A DNA stretch of 32,000 nt. Origin: Pyrodictium delaneyi. GTDB lineage: Archaea; Thermoproteota; Thermoprotei_A; Sulfolobales; Pyrodictiaceae. The DNA lies in contig NZ_CP013011.1 of NCBI RefSeq assembly GCF_001412615.1, positions 300,001-332,000 of the forward strand, read 5' to 3'. Of this stretch, positions 7,568 to 17,150 are shown piece by piece. The stretch's first letter is position 1. Each line of letters starts with the position of its first letter. A program made the position numbers and the translations under genes. The notes beneath the pieces are model-generated. The model was given only the letters and a program-made list of their open reading frames with translations. It was not told where the DNA came from and searched no databases.

Positions 7568-7845
7568 CCGAGCCTAATGTAGAAACACCCTCAACCTAGC
7601 ATAGGCATGCTCTATGAGTAAAAGCATTAGACACAAACATTATCATATAAGAATCATAAAAAGAGCCATTAAAGAGCGCCGTGAGGAGTTCAACAAGCTC
7701 CACGAGTACGACATGAAAGCAGAAACTGCTAGGCCGGTCTGGCCTTCTGTATCCCTGCCGGCCACTTATAGACGTTTAATTCCAGACATAATAATATCTC
7801 TGTTTACATTATTAATCACAAGTCTAGACTCCCTAAGCTTGTAAT

Positions 7846-10800
7846 CTTAGTAATTCTCCGTTGAGTCAAGCTTTCGTCGTTGTTGAGACTACATCTGGCA
7901 CGGCAGCATTGCATTACAATTCTCTTTTGAGTTATGCTTGACGCGTATGTTGGTGAACTCCACCTCGCGGCACGAGAACCACGCTTACAATTCTCTTTTG
8001 AGTTATGCATGCCGATGGTGCGTACGGCACGCTGAGCGCATGCTACGTGACACCTTACAATTCTCTTTTGAGTTATGCCGGTACTTTGCGAATATCCTGC
8101 CGGCTATTAGCGCGGCGCGTCTTACAATTCTCTTTTGAGTTATGCTCCCGGGCCTGAAACCGTGGCCGGGCGCCCTGCCTGTGCTGAGCTTACAATTCTC
8201 TTTTGAGTTATGCGTGCCCCTGTTCTAGCGTCTAGCCCACACATTTCTTCGGCTTACAATTCTCTTTTGAGTTATGCATACTTGGCTACGGCTGTTAGGT
8301 CTAGACTCTGTGCCCGCTCTGTTACTTACAATTCTCTTTTGAGTTATGCATACGTCGATGAGATAGAGATACCCGGCGGCACGTCAACATCGACCTTACA
8401 ATTCTCTTTTGAGTTATGCACCCCGGGGGCATTGTTTGCAGCGAGAAATCCAGAAACTCTATAGAGCTTACAATTCTCTTTTGAGTTATGCCAACGAGCA
8501 GACTGGCACCCTCAGCGCAGTGGCTTTCATAGTCTACATCTTACAATTCTCTTTTGAGTTATGCCTCCGCCAGCCGCCCCGAGGCAGCGAGGTATGTTAG
8601 CGCTTACAATTCTCTTTTGAGTTATGCACAGACCAAAGACAAGTACCAGTACAACGTAGACCCCATGACCTTACAATTCTCTTTTGAGTTATGCCGAAGT
8701 ATATCCACTTCATAGACACGGAGACCGGAGAGAAATTCACTTACAATTCTCTTTTGAGTTATGCGTGAGCAGGGAGCTCAGCGTCACGGGAGCACACTAT
8801 CTCGACACACTTACAATTCTCTTTTGAGTTATGCACTGCATAGAGGCGTGCGACAAGGACTGTGCAGAAGAACACACTTACAATTCTCTTTTGAGTTATG
8901 CCCGCATAAGGAACGTGGCTCCCTATGCTGCGAAGGCTGCTAGGCTTACAATTCTCTTTTGAGTTATGCCAGTATTTTACTTGGCTTAAAGAAGCATTAG
9001 AAGAGAGAAAGACTTACAATTCTCTTTTGAGTTATGCTTGTTATCTTTAGGTGTATGTTGTGGCCGGGCTCTAGGACCATGCCTTACAATTCTCTTTTGA
9101 GTTATGCTGGTGCAGGCCGTGGCTGCTAGCTTGTTGCTGGCTTGTTCTTTAGCTTACAATTCTCTTTTGAGTTATGCTAGAGAAGGCTGTATCAGACATA
9201 GCCCGCTTCTGCGCCGCCACCTTACAATTCTCTTTTGAGTTATGCAGCATAGATCTTGGCGTCGTGTAGTGGCGCCGCGAGCTTCAACTTACAATTCTCT
9301 TTTGAGTTATGCATATACATCATCGACACGGCTAAGCCCCCGCTACAACGAGACTTACAATTCTCTTTTGAGTTATGCAAGAAGATGGTCTACTACCTCG
9401 GTAGGCGCTACGGGGTGTGTCAGTCTTACAATTCTCTTTTGAGTTATGCCATTTCTTAGAGACGCACAAGTTTGCAATAGCGAAGTAACCTTACAATTCT
9501 CTTTTGAGTTATGCAGAAACAAGACAGTGTGCTGGAAGTACGTGGATTGCAATGGAGTCATCTTACAATTCTCTTTTGAGTTATGCACCACACATTGCCT
9601 CCTCTGGCATTTATTTCTAGCAGGGTGCCTTACAATTCTCTTTTGAGTTATGCCGCTATCGTGATGCCGCCGTCCATGGCCTTCCTGGCTATTATCCGCT
9701 TACAATTCTCTTTTGAGTTATGCCTCGCGCGCGCCATGGGCTTCGCGCTGGCCGGCGGCACGCTGCTAGCTTACAATTCTCTTTTGAGTTATGCCAGCCG
9801 AGCAGGCCCAGGTCATGCAGGCAGTCAGGCGGGCGCAGACTTACAATTCTCTTTTGAGTTATGCCCGCCCATGAAGCCCACGCCGGCCATCGGCGCCAGG
9901 CTGGGCGGGAACTTACAATTCTCTTTTGAGTTATGCCTCGCGGTAGGCTCGTATGCCCCAGCGGGCGATGAAGTAGCCGACTTACAATTCTCTTTTGAGT
10001 TATGCACATGAGAGTACTGCCAAGCTTGTCAGCGAGTTGTTAGGAATCGCTTACAATTCTCTTTTGAGTTATGCAACCGAAATGCTTACAGTTGCATGGA
10101 TAGTCCCGGCATCCGTTATCTTACAATTCTCTTTTGAGTTATGCTTGTGGCCCCTTTGCAGCATCCATACCAGCAGCTCCTCAACTTACAATTCTCTTTT
10201 GAGTTATGCATATCCCTTTGGAGGATTAACTCCGGCAGAAATAGGATAGGAAAAACTTACAATTCTCTTTTGAGTTATGCGGCTCCGGGATGTCTGGGCT
10301 AAGGCTGCTGAGCGGTTGGCTTACAATTCTCTTTTGAGTTATGCATGCTGAATTCGGATAGATTCAGCACTCATGACTTGTGCAGAATCTCTTACAATTC
10401 TCTTTTGAGTTATGCATAGTCGGGGCAGCTAACCAAACCATTCTCACCTCACTTTAAACTTACAATTCTCTTTTGAGTTATGCAGGTGTATGTCCCCGGT
10501 GGCACTAGCACATCGACCGGTAACACACTTACAATTCTCTTTTGAGTTATGCCGCATCGGTCTCCGCCGGAATAGCGGCGGACGCGGTAATGCTATCTTA
10601 CAATTCTCTTTTGAGTTATGCCGGTATCATGTGTCTCATCGAACCATACACGTACGGTGCCACCTTACAATTCTCTTTTGAGTTATGCAAGAACCCCAAC
10701 CTGCTGGCCTTCATCCCGAGCGCTGCCCCGACTTACAATTCTCTTTTGAGTTATGCGGGCCTTCACCCAGGGGGTTCCCCGGCCCGGCTACTCCCCTTAC

Positions 10801-11362
10801 AATTCTCTTTTGAGTTATGCGCAGAGTCACTCATTGAGAGCGCTACTGCTGGCGAGGAGACTTACAATTCTCTTTTGAGTTATGCCGGTGGATGCTAGCC
10901 CGCTGGTCTGCTATCTCTCGGATGAAGATCTTACAATTCTCTTTTGAGTTATGCCATGGCTCCCACTCCCGCTGCGCCGTCTGAGCGTGTTTACTTACAA
11001 TTCTCTTTTGAGTTATGCACACCGATTAGATGCTTGCAGAAGAAGCACTTAGCCAGCTTACAATTCTCTTTTGAGTTATGCCTTTATGCTGTCGAGCTCT
11101 ATCGCCTCATCCGCTACCGTGTTGCTGCTTACAATTCTCTTTTGAGTTATGCAGGAATGCAGCCATGAGCACTCGGCCCGGGGGACCTTGCACTCCCTTA
11201 CAATTCTCTTTTGAGTTATGCCAAAACCACCACCTCCATAAACCTTGCATACGCTCTGGCGAGACGACTTACAATTCTCTTTTGAGTTATGCTTCTCTCG
11301 GTAGAGTCACCTGGTCTACTTCTGCTTCTAGGGTCCTCTTACAATTCTCTTTTGAGTTATGC
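7846..11362 (-). CRISPR. CRISPR array: 51 canonical 25-nt repeats plus 1 decayed terminal repeat, 51 spacers of 38-48 nt
   Basis: The plus-strand repeat is CTTACAATTCTCTTTTGAGTTATGC. First copies lie at 7913, 7984, 8054 and 8121, the last at 11338-11362; period is 63-72 nt. The 7913 copy has one mismatch (A for C), and a decayed copy CTTAGTAATTCTCCGTTGAGTCAAGC lies at 7846-7871. The reverse complement GCATAACTCAAAAGAGAATTGTAAG resembles crenarchaeal type I-A repeats ending ATTGAAAG, so I place the transcribed strand on minus. All spacers looked unique by eye. Confidence 0.97.
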
Positions 11363-11815
11363 TTTGTGTGGAATGTATGGTTCCCTGTTGGGTCTAGTGG
11401 TGTAGGATTCTATAGTTCCTGTATTTATTTGTTTCTCCTCCTTGGGAACAGCCCCGATCCCTACCATCGTATACTTCGTGTACGTGGGATGTGTTCCCAT
11501 GAATGCTTATTAGGGGCCTGGCGTGCCCCCACGGCAGCTTTCAAATCCAGCCAAGAAGTGTTCCCATAGATTAGAAAGAGGAGTCGAAACACTTCAGAAC
11601 AGAGAATCAACACAGCAGACAAAACCAAGAAAGAGTAACGCAGCGTTAGCTATACTAGTACTGCCTCGGGCTACATGAATTGCTATGTGGCATAGTGTGA
11701 GACCATAAGTGAAGTTATTTCCTATCAACATCTGGTTCTGTTTCATCGCCACGTAGTATTTTAGTGCACTCTGTTCACGCTCTTACTGCCTGTAGCCTAG
11801 AGGTGGTGATATATC
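11363..11815 (-). promoter_or_regulatory. CRISPR leader (inferred), shared with the divergent V4R gene promoter
   Basis: AT-rich, ORF-free stretch abutting the intact end of the array; repeat decay is at the opposite end. A candidate TATA box on the minus strand is AAATAAATA (plus-strand 11422-11430), about 60 nt from the first repeat. GTGTTCCCAT recurs at 11491-11500 and 11558-11567, with related GTTCCC/GGGAAC at 11380-11385 and 11444-11449. Confidence 0.6.
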
Positions 11816-12355
11816 GTGGTTGCAACATCTATAAGACTTAGTGAGGGTGAACTCCGAATAGGTGAAGGCAATGAGCGGTACATACTGATACCTATGAGGG
11901 CCTACGCAGAAATTGTCGCATCGTTCTTTGACCTAGTGGGTGTTGCGGCAGGTGGACCTCTTTACTATCTGGGTAAGAGGATAGGACACGGACTTGTTGA
12001 AGAGCTTGAGAATAGGCTACGCGAGGGTGTAACTAGGCGGGAACTCACAGATGTCATAATGGTTGTTGCTAAGCTTTTTGAAGAGCTGGGCTTTGGCACT
12101 ATAGAGGTTAATGCTGTCGACAAGACTAGGATTATTTTGAAAATGAAGAATCCTCCTAGCCTGGCTGGTACAAGGTATGTCCAGGGTATCTTTGACAAGC
12201 TCAAGTCTAGTAATATGCATGTATGCTACCTTGAGGCTGGTATGATTGCTGGGAGTTTGGAGAAGATTCTTGGAAAGCGGTTTAGAGCGAGGGAGGTGGA
12301 GAGCAAAATAGATGGTGACTCCATGTACTGTTTTATAGAAGTTACAGAGGTATAA
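11816..12355 (+). CDS. V4R-domain protein (4-vinyl-reductase-like small-molecule-binding domain)
   Basis: 179 aa, GTG start preceded by GAGGTGGTGAT. The pattern ILIPMRAYAEI ... GGPLYYLGKRIGHGL ... ELGFGTIEV ... HVCYLEAGMIAGSLEKILG ... E..IDGDSMYCFIEV matches the V4R layout, including the C...G...G and C-F-I-E C-terminal signature. Confidence 0.7.
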   Translation: MVATSIRLSEGELRIGEGNERYILIPMRAYAEIVASFFDLVGVAAGGPLYYLGKRIGHGLVEELENRLREGVTRRELTDVIMVVAKLFEELGFGTIEVNAVDKTRIILKMKNPPSLAGTRYVQGIFDKLKSSNMHVCYLEAGMIAGSLEKILGKRFRAREVESKIDGDSMYCFIEVTEV

Positions 12356-12558
12356 GCATGGTTTGAGTTCCCGGATGAAATCCTTATTACGTTTACCATT
12401 TTTATCGATATCCAAATCGTTAAAACTATCATTTAGATCTAAAAATTAAGTTTCTGCAAGCCCGAAGTGTGACAGTAGCCCTGCTGACAGGAGTGTATGG
12501 GTGGCTTGGTTGCAGTTACACTAGGGGTCAAGGCAGGATAGTTCTGAGGTGAAAACAC

Positions 12559-14433
12559 GTGAGGAGAGAGTCCTACAACTATATTAACTATGTTATCTCT
12601 GTGGGCTTGATACTGCTTGGTGCTTCCGCATTCGCTGCTAGCACTATACTGCGTGTCCCCTCCTATACCCCGTTGCATAGTGCTAGTGATCTACGTCACT
12701 CTGTGCTGGCTATCCTGGAGGATGGGTTGGATCCAGTAAGTCTCGCAGTAATCGCGTCGACTACCGGCTTAGCTCTATTGTCAGTGGGGCTCCTTATTGC
12801 TGCCTATCTAAACTACTCTGCTGTAAGCCTTGTATGCGGGTTGTCCATAATGCTCCTCCTATCGGCGGCTATCCTAAGCTGGGATACACTCGTCCTTGAC
12901 TATGCTTGGATCGTTAACCCAGCGATATACATTATTATCGGGATAGGAGTCTCCTCTGTCGTGGAGTCCGTCGCTGCCGGCGTACCCCTCACTGTGCTGG
13001 GCCTATTGCTGCTAGTGGGCGGGCTTGTGGAGCACGGTTTCGTGTACGAGCCGCTACTGACGGGTAGTGCTGCCCGGCTCGCGGGGATGCTCTCGGGCGG
13101 TATTCCCGTGGCTGGCTTCATGGCGCTTACTGTGCTACTCGTACTAGCCTCGGGTGTCCAGCCAGAGCACCCGCCGATGCTCCCCAGTGAGCCCCTGCCA
13201 GCGAGCTCCGCGCGCACACGGGTCGAGGAGCAGCCGGCGGCGACCCGCCAGCGAGGAGGGCTGGGCGGCGAGAATGCTGTCGTTGATGCAGTTGTGTCTG
13301 GGATTGGGGGCTCTAGGGGGCAGCAGGGCGCCAGGAGAGTGTGTCCGCGTCTCTCGGAGTGGCCTCGGCTCCTCGCCTCTGAGCCGGGAAGGGTGGAGGA
13401 GTGCTGGCTCGGCAGGGAGGTCTACGGGTACCGGGTCGAGGCTGTCATTGGCCGTGGTGGCTTCGGCCTGGTGCTCCGGGCCCGGGAGAAGTACACCGGG
13501 GAGCCGGCGGCGGTGAAGGTTATCCTCCCGGCGCCTGTCGAGGCTGATGGCTCTACTGTGACGCGTACTGCGCTGGAGCTTGTCTACGAGCTGGAGAGGG
13601 AGTCTTCTAGCCTCCGGGAGCTGAGCCGCAGGAGCCGCTACATAGTAGCCCTCAAGGCCGTGCACATTGACGCTGAGAAGTTCCGGCTAGCCGTGGCGCG
13701 GGACGACCCGGGGATCTACCTGGAGAGCCCACCGGCCCTGATAATGGAGTACATGGCTGGCGGCGACCTGAAGAAGCTCCTAGACCGGGCCATAGCCGCT
13801 AACGGCGCGGATACGCTACGCCGTAGCAGGGACTGGGCCCGGGCAGCCTCGGCGATACTAGCGGCCGCCGCGGAGGCGCTGGCGGCGATACACGCTGGGG
13901 GCTACATCCACGGCGACGTCAAGCCCCAGAACATACTCTTCACTGAGCAGCCGCCCGCGTCCCCCAGCGTGCTCGCCCGGGGCCTGGCCTCGGCGCTCCG
14001 GGGCGGACCCGGCCCTCTACCCAAGCTCTCCGACCTGGGCAGTGCCACGAGGATAGGAGAGCCAGTGCAGAATATCACCCCGCTCTACGCGGCACCGGAG
14101 CTGCTACTCTACGATGCGCTGTGCCAGGACCCGGAGACTCGCCGGAGCAACCAGAGGTGTCTAGAGCCGCCCCGGGCAGACCCGAGCCTCGACGTATACT
14201 CGCTCGGTGTGGTGGCGCTTCAGCTCCTAGCCGCCCTGGGCCGCGGAGAGCTAGAGGCGTGGAGAAGGAGCGGCGTACTCGACTCGCCCCAGAGTACGCG
14301 GCAGCTCTTAGAGAGGCTCGGCGTCGAGGGGGAGACAGCGGACTTCATAGCCCGTATGCTCTCCCCGGAGCCCGGGGAGAGGCCGAGCGCAGATGAGGTT
14401 GTCCGGTTCTTCCGCGGGAGGGCGGGGCTCTAG
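12559..14433 (+). CDS. membrane-anchored eukaryotic-like Ser/Thr protein kinase
   Basis: 624 aa. The N-terminal ~200 aa contain about six hydrophobic helices. Kinase motifs are present: GRGGFGLV (G-loop), AAVKV (Lys), YIHGDVKPQNILF (catalytic loop, HGD instead of HRD), LSDLGSA (DLG instead of DFG), YAAPELL (APE). Confidence 0.85.
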   Translation: MRRESYNYINYVISVGLILLGASAFAASTILRVPSYTPLHSASDLRHSVLAILEDGLDPVSLAVIASTTGLALLSVGLLIAAYLNYSAVSLVCGLSIMLLLSAAILSWDTLVLDYAWIVNPAIYIIIGIGVSSVVESVAAGVPLTVLGLLLLVGGLVEHGFVYEPLLTGSAARLAGMLSGGIPVAGFMALTVLLVLASGVQPEHPPMLPSEPLPASSARTRVEEQPAATRQRGGLGGENAVVDAVVSGIGGSRGQQGARRVCPRLSEWPRLLASEPGRVEECWLGREVYGYRVEAVIGRGGFGLVLRAREKYTGEPAAVKVILPAPVEADGSTVTRTALELVYELERESSSLRELSRRSRYIVALKAVHIDAEKFRLAVARDDPGIYLESPPALIMEYMAGGDLKKLLDRAIAANGADTLRRSRDWARAASAILAAAAEALAAIHAGGYIHGDVKPQNILFTEQPPASPSVLARGLASALRGGPGPLPKLSDLGSATRIGEPVQNITPLYAAPELLLYDALCQDPETRRSNQRCLEPPRADPSLDVYSLGVVALQLLAALGRGELEAWRRSGVLDSPQSTRQLLERLGVEGETADFIARMLSPEPGERPSADEVVRFFRGRAGL

Positions 14434-14504
14434 CCCCTAGGCCCGGGGAACCGGTTTTAACCAGGCGCCGTGTATATGGTTCTGCTCCTGGGCTGTCGCC
14501 CGCG

Positions 14505-15695
14505 TTGCGGCTCCTAGACCCCTACAGCGGCGAGGCCATCCCGGGCCTGCCCCGGTTCTGCCTCGAGAGGTGGCAGAGCCTCCACGAGACCCGGGCCCGG
14601 GTGTTGCTCAGCGAGAGCGGCGTAGAGCCGCTGACGCTGCACGAGCTGCGCGAACGCTACGGGCTAGACCTGGGCCTCGACGGCGTGGAGCTGGGCTATG
14701 GCTGGACCCAGGGGAGCCCCGAGCTACGCGAGGCTGTAGCAGGCCTCTACGAGGGCGCCGGGCCCGAGAACGTGCTAGCGACGTGCGGTAGCGCGGAGGC
14801 CAACCTCCTGGCAGTGGCTGCGCTCGTAAAGCCCGGCGACACCGTTGTCGTGGATATGCCGAACTACATGCAGGTGTGGGGCCTCCTAAGGCTCCGCGGC
14901 GCCCGCGTCCTGGAGGCGTGGAGGAGCCCAGCAAACGGCTGGAAGCTCCCCGTGGACAGGCTCGTACACCTCATCGAGGAGCACCGGCCCAGCGCCGTCT
15001 TCATCACCAACCCAAACAACCCCACGGGCAGCGCCGCCTACGAGAGGGAGCTAGGGGAGCTCGCCGAGGCAGCGGCAAGGAGGGGCACCATACTAGTCTT
15101 CGACGAGGTCTACCGGGGCCTAGAGCACGGCACGGGGCGCCGCGTACCCAGCATAGTCGAGGTAGCGGGGCTCAGCCAAGCGGTCGCTACCAGCGGGCTC
15201 TCCAAGGTCTACGGGCTCCCCGGGCTCCGGGTAGGCTGGCTAGTAGCAGACCAGAAAACCATCGAGAGAGCGTGGAGCGTAAAGGACTACACGACTATAG
15301 CAATACCGGTCCTCAGCGACCACATCGCCTCCAGGGTGTTAGGCAGCCCCGAGGTGCGGGCTGCGCTTGAGGAGCGTGCCCGCAGGATAGTGGCAGCCAA
15401 CCTCGAGGCCCTCCGCGGGATGCTGGAGGAGCAGGGGCACCAGGGGCTCCTCGAGCCCTACTGGCCCTCGGCCGGCGCCTACCTACTAGCCAGGGTCCCA
15501 TGGGCACGGGGCACGATGGAGCTAGCGGAGAGACTCTTCGAAGTCTACGGCATACTAGTCAACCCCGGCGAGTGCTTCATGCTCCCAGGCACGCTGCGCA
15601 TAGGCTTAGGAGCAGACCCAGCCAGGTTCCCCAAGGCTGCCCGGGAGCTGCTAGAAGCCCTCCAAAGCCTCCAGAGAGAAACGGCACCCAGCTAG
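14505..15695 (+). CDS. PLP-dependent aminotransferase, class I/II
   Basis: 396 aa. It has NPNNPTG, the PLP-lysine block SGLSKVYGLPGLRVGW, and a C-terminal RIGLG. Confidence 0.9.
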   Translation: MRLLDPYSGEAIPGLPRFCLERWQSLHETRARVLLSESGVEPLTLHELRERYGLDLGLDGVELGYGWTQGSPELREAVAGLYEGAGPENVLATCGSAEANLLAVAALVKPGDTVVVDMPNYMQVWGLLRLRGARVLEAWRSPANGWKLPVDRLVHLIEEHRPSAVFITNPNNPTGSAAYERELGELAEAAARRGTILVFDEVYRGLEHGTGRRVPSIVEVAGLSQAVATSGLSKVYGLPGLRVGWLVADQKTIERAWSVKDYTTIAIPVLSDHIASRVLGSPEVRAALEERARRIVAANLEALRGMLEEQGHQGLLEPYWPSAGAYLLARVPWARGTMELAERLFEVYGILVNPGECFMLPGTLRIGLGADPARFPKAARELLEALQSLQRETAPS

Positions 15696-15761
15696 ACGTA
15701 GCCCCCTGCAAACCCCGAAGGATCCCGCACCCACCATGCTATATTACACAGTTACTACCCG

Positions 15762-16811
15762 CTAAGGCACCCCGGGCATCGAGGACGGCTCGTAGCCCGT
15801 CTCCAGTACAACCTTGAAGCTACCACGCTCCAGTGCCTTCTCGAAGGCCTCTAGGGCGTTCTCTAGGCCGCGGACCCGGTGAGTGACCACGGGCTCGACT
15901 ACGCGTCCCCGGAGTAGCTCTATCGCTGCCTCGAACTCCCGCCAGGTGCCGCACCTAGACCCGACTATGCGGAGCTCCTTGACCACCGCCCTGGTGGTGT
16001 CTAGCCAGCCGCCCCCACCATGCGTGGACTTCACGTGAACCGTGGCCATGGGCGCAGCCGCCTCGACTGCTAGTTTTAGGCCCTCACTACTCCCGGTGGC
16101 CTCGAAGACGACCTCGTAGCCCATGCCCCACGGAGTCTCCGAAGCGACAACCTCGGCTAGCTCGTCGACCCAGCGTACCCGGAGCCCCATGGACTCCAGA
16201 ACCCGGGCCTTCGGGCTGCCACGGCGAGCGAACACTGTGACTCGGAGCCGGTAGACCCGCTCCATTACCTGAGCCGCCAGGAGGGCAAGATTACCCGAGC
16301 CTATCACGGCGGCGTAGGCCCCGGGGCGTGGCGGGTACAGAGTGAACGCCCGGAGAACCGCAGCGAGAGGCTCCACGAACACAGCCTTTAGCGGCTCGAG
16401 CCCCGAGACGGGGTGCAGCACGTGCCCGGGCACCGCGAAGTACTCGGCCATGGCACCGTCGTAGTCTATGCCGAGGACCCGGCGGCCCGGGCAATGAGTG
16501 TACATGCTGCGGCAGGGCTCCCTCCATAGGTCCCCAGGCTTCACCAGGTTGATCTCCGGGACGACAAGTCTCCCCACGAGGCCCCGGTACTCCGGCGGCG
16601 CAGAGACAACCACGCCCACAGCCTCATGGCCCGGGATCAACGGTGTCTTACGGAGCCGGTAGCCTCCAGTGTACATCGATTTATCTGTGCCACAGACACC
16701 CACAGCAACCGTACGCACCAGAACCCAGCCACCCGGAGGCTCCGGCACCGAGACCCTCTCCACCCGGAGCCGGCGGGGCCCGTAGAGCCGGACAGCAAGC
16801 ATACTGGGCAA
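15762..16811 (-). CDS. zinc-dependent alcohol/threonine-type dehydrogenase (MDR family)
   Basis: 349 aa. It has VGVCGTDKSMYTG (catalytic Zn Cys), GHEAVGVV, and Rossmann AVIGSGNLALLAAQ. Confidence 0.9.
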   Translation of the reverse strand: MPSMLAVRLYGPRRLRVERVSVPEPPGGWVLVRTVAVGVCGTDKSMYTGGYRLRKTPLIPGHEAVGVVVSAPPEYRGLVGRLVVPEINLVKPGDLWREPCRSMYTHCPGRRVLGIDYDGAMAEYFAVPGHVLHPVSGLEPLKAVFVEPLAAVLRAFTLYPPRPGAYAAVIGSGNLALLAAQVMERVYRLRVTVFARRGSPKARVLESMGLRVRWVDELAEVVASETPWGMGYEVVFEATGSSEGLKLAVEAAAPMATVHVKSTHGGGGWLDTTRAVVKELRIVGSRCGTWREFEAAIELLRGRVVEPVVTHRVRGLENALEAFEKALERGSFKVVLETGYEPSSMPGVP

Positions 16812-17150
16812 GCCACTGGCACCCGCTAGAGAGACAGCGGCAATAATACCCCCAAGAAGCCTCCTATACTATACAGTAGGGGCCAGAGAGCCCCAGACTC
16901 CAGAGAACGCCTGTATGGAGGTGGCTAAAGCGGCATGCCCAGGCCCCTAGCCGGGCTGCTAAAGCGGGGTAGATACGTATAGTAGCGGCTTCAACCCGCC
17001 GAATCCTAGCCATAGCTCTCGCCCTACTCTTCACCTACAAAGCCCTAGAAGAGGCAAACACAGACCCCACATGGAGCCTAATCTATATACTCATAAGCCT
17101 AGAATACCTAGCTGAAACACCACTACACCCCAAGAAAAACTAACCGAATG

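Noticed and set aside
7614-7844. 76-aa ORF in the AT-rich stretch between the frameshifted gene and the array
   Set aside because: It lies in the array trailer and runs into the decayed repeat. It has a Lys/Ile/His-rich low-complexity product and no recognisable motif or ribosome-binding context.
7938-11337. Possible self-targeting spacers against the low-GC island or other parts of this window
   Set aside because: Reading the 51 spacers against the window by eye found no convincing match. This is not exhaustive and needs a computational search.
11540-11548. TTCAAATCC in the leader, resembling a tRNA T-loop
   Set aside because: The flanking bases do not form a T-stem or acceptor stem, and no D-arm or anticodon arm can be drawn. 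It is not a tRNA or tRNA fragment that I can support.
7938-11569. Many 60-163-aa ORFs on both strands across the array (for example 9583..10011, 10542..10898, 11078..11569) with recurring peptides LQFSFELC, YNSLLSYA, ITQKRIV and HNSKENCK
   Set aside because: The recurring peptides are simply the CRISPR repeat translated in different frames. The ORFs exist only because repeats and spacers happen to lack stops.
16973-17143. 56-codon open frame encoding a hydrophobic peptide (..ILAIALALLFTYKALEEANTDPTWSLIYILISLEYLAE..) between the dehydrogenase and the low-GC gene
   Set aside because: There is no ATG/GTG/TTG anywhere in the frame after the upstream TAG (16970-16972), so I cannot support it as a gene. 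It might be worth a look only if non-canonical starts are documented in this organism.
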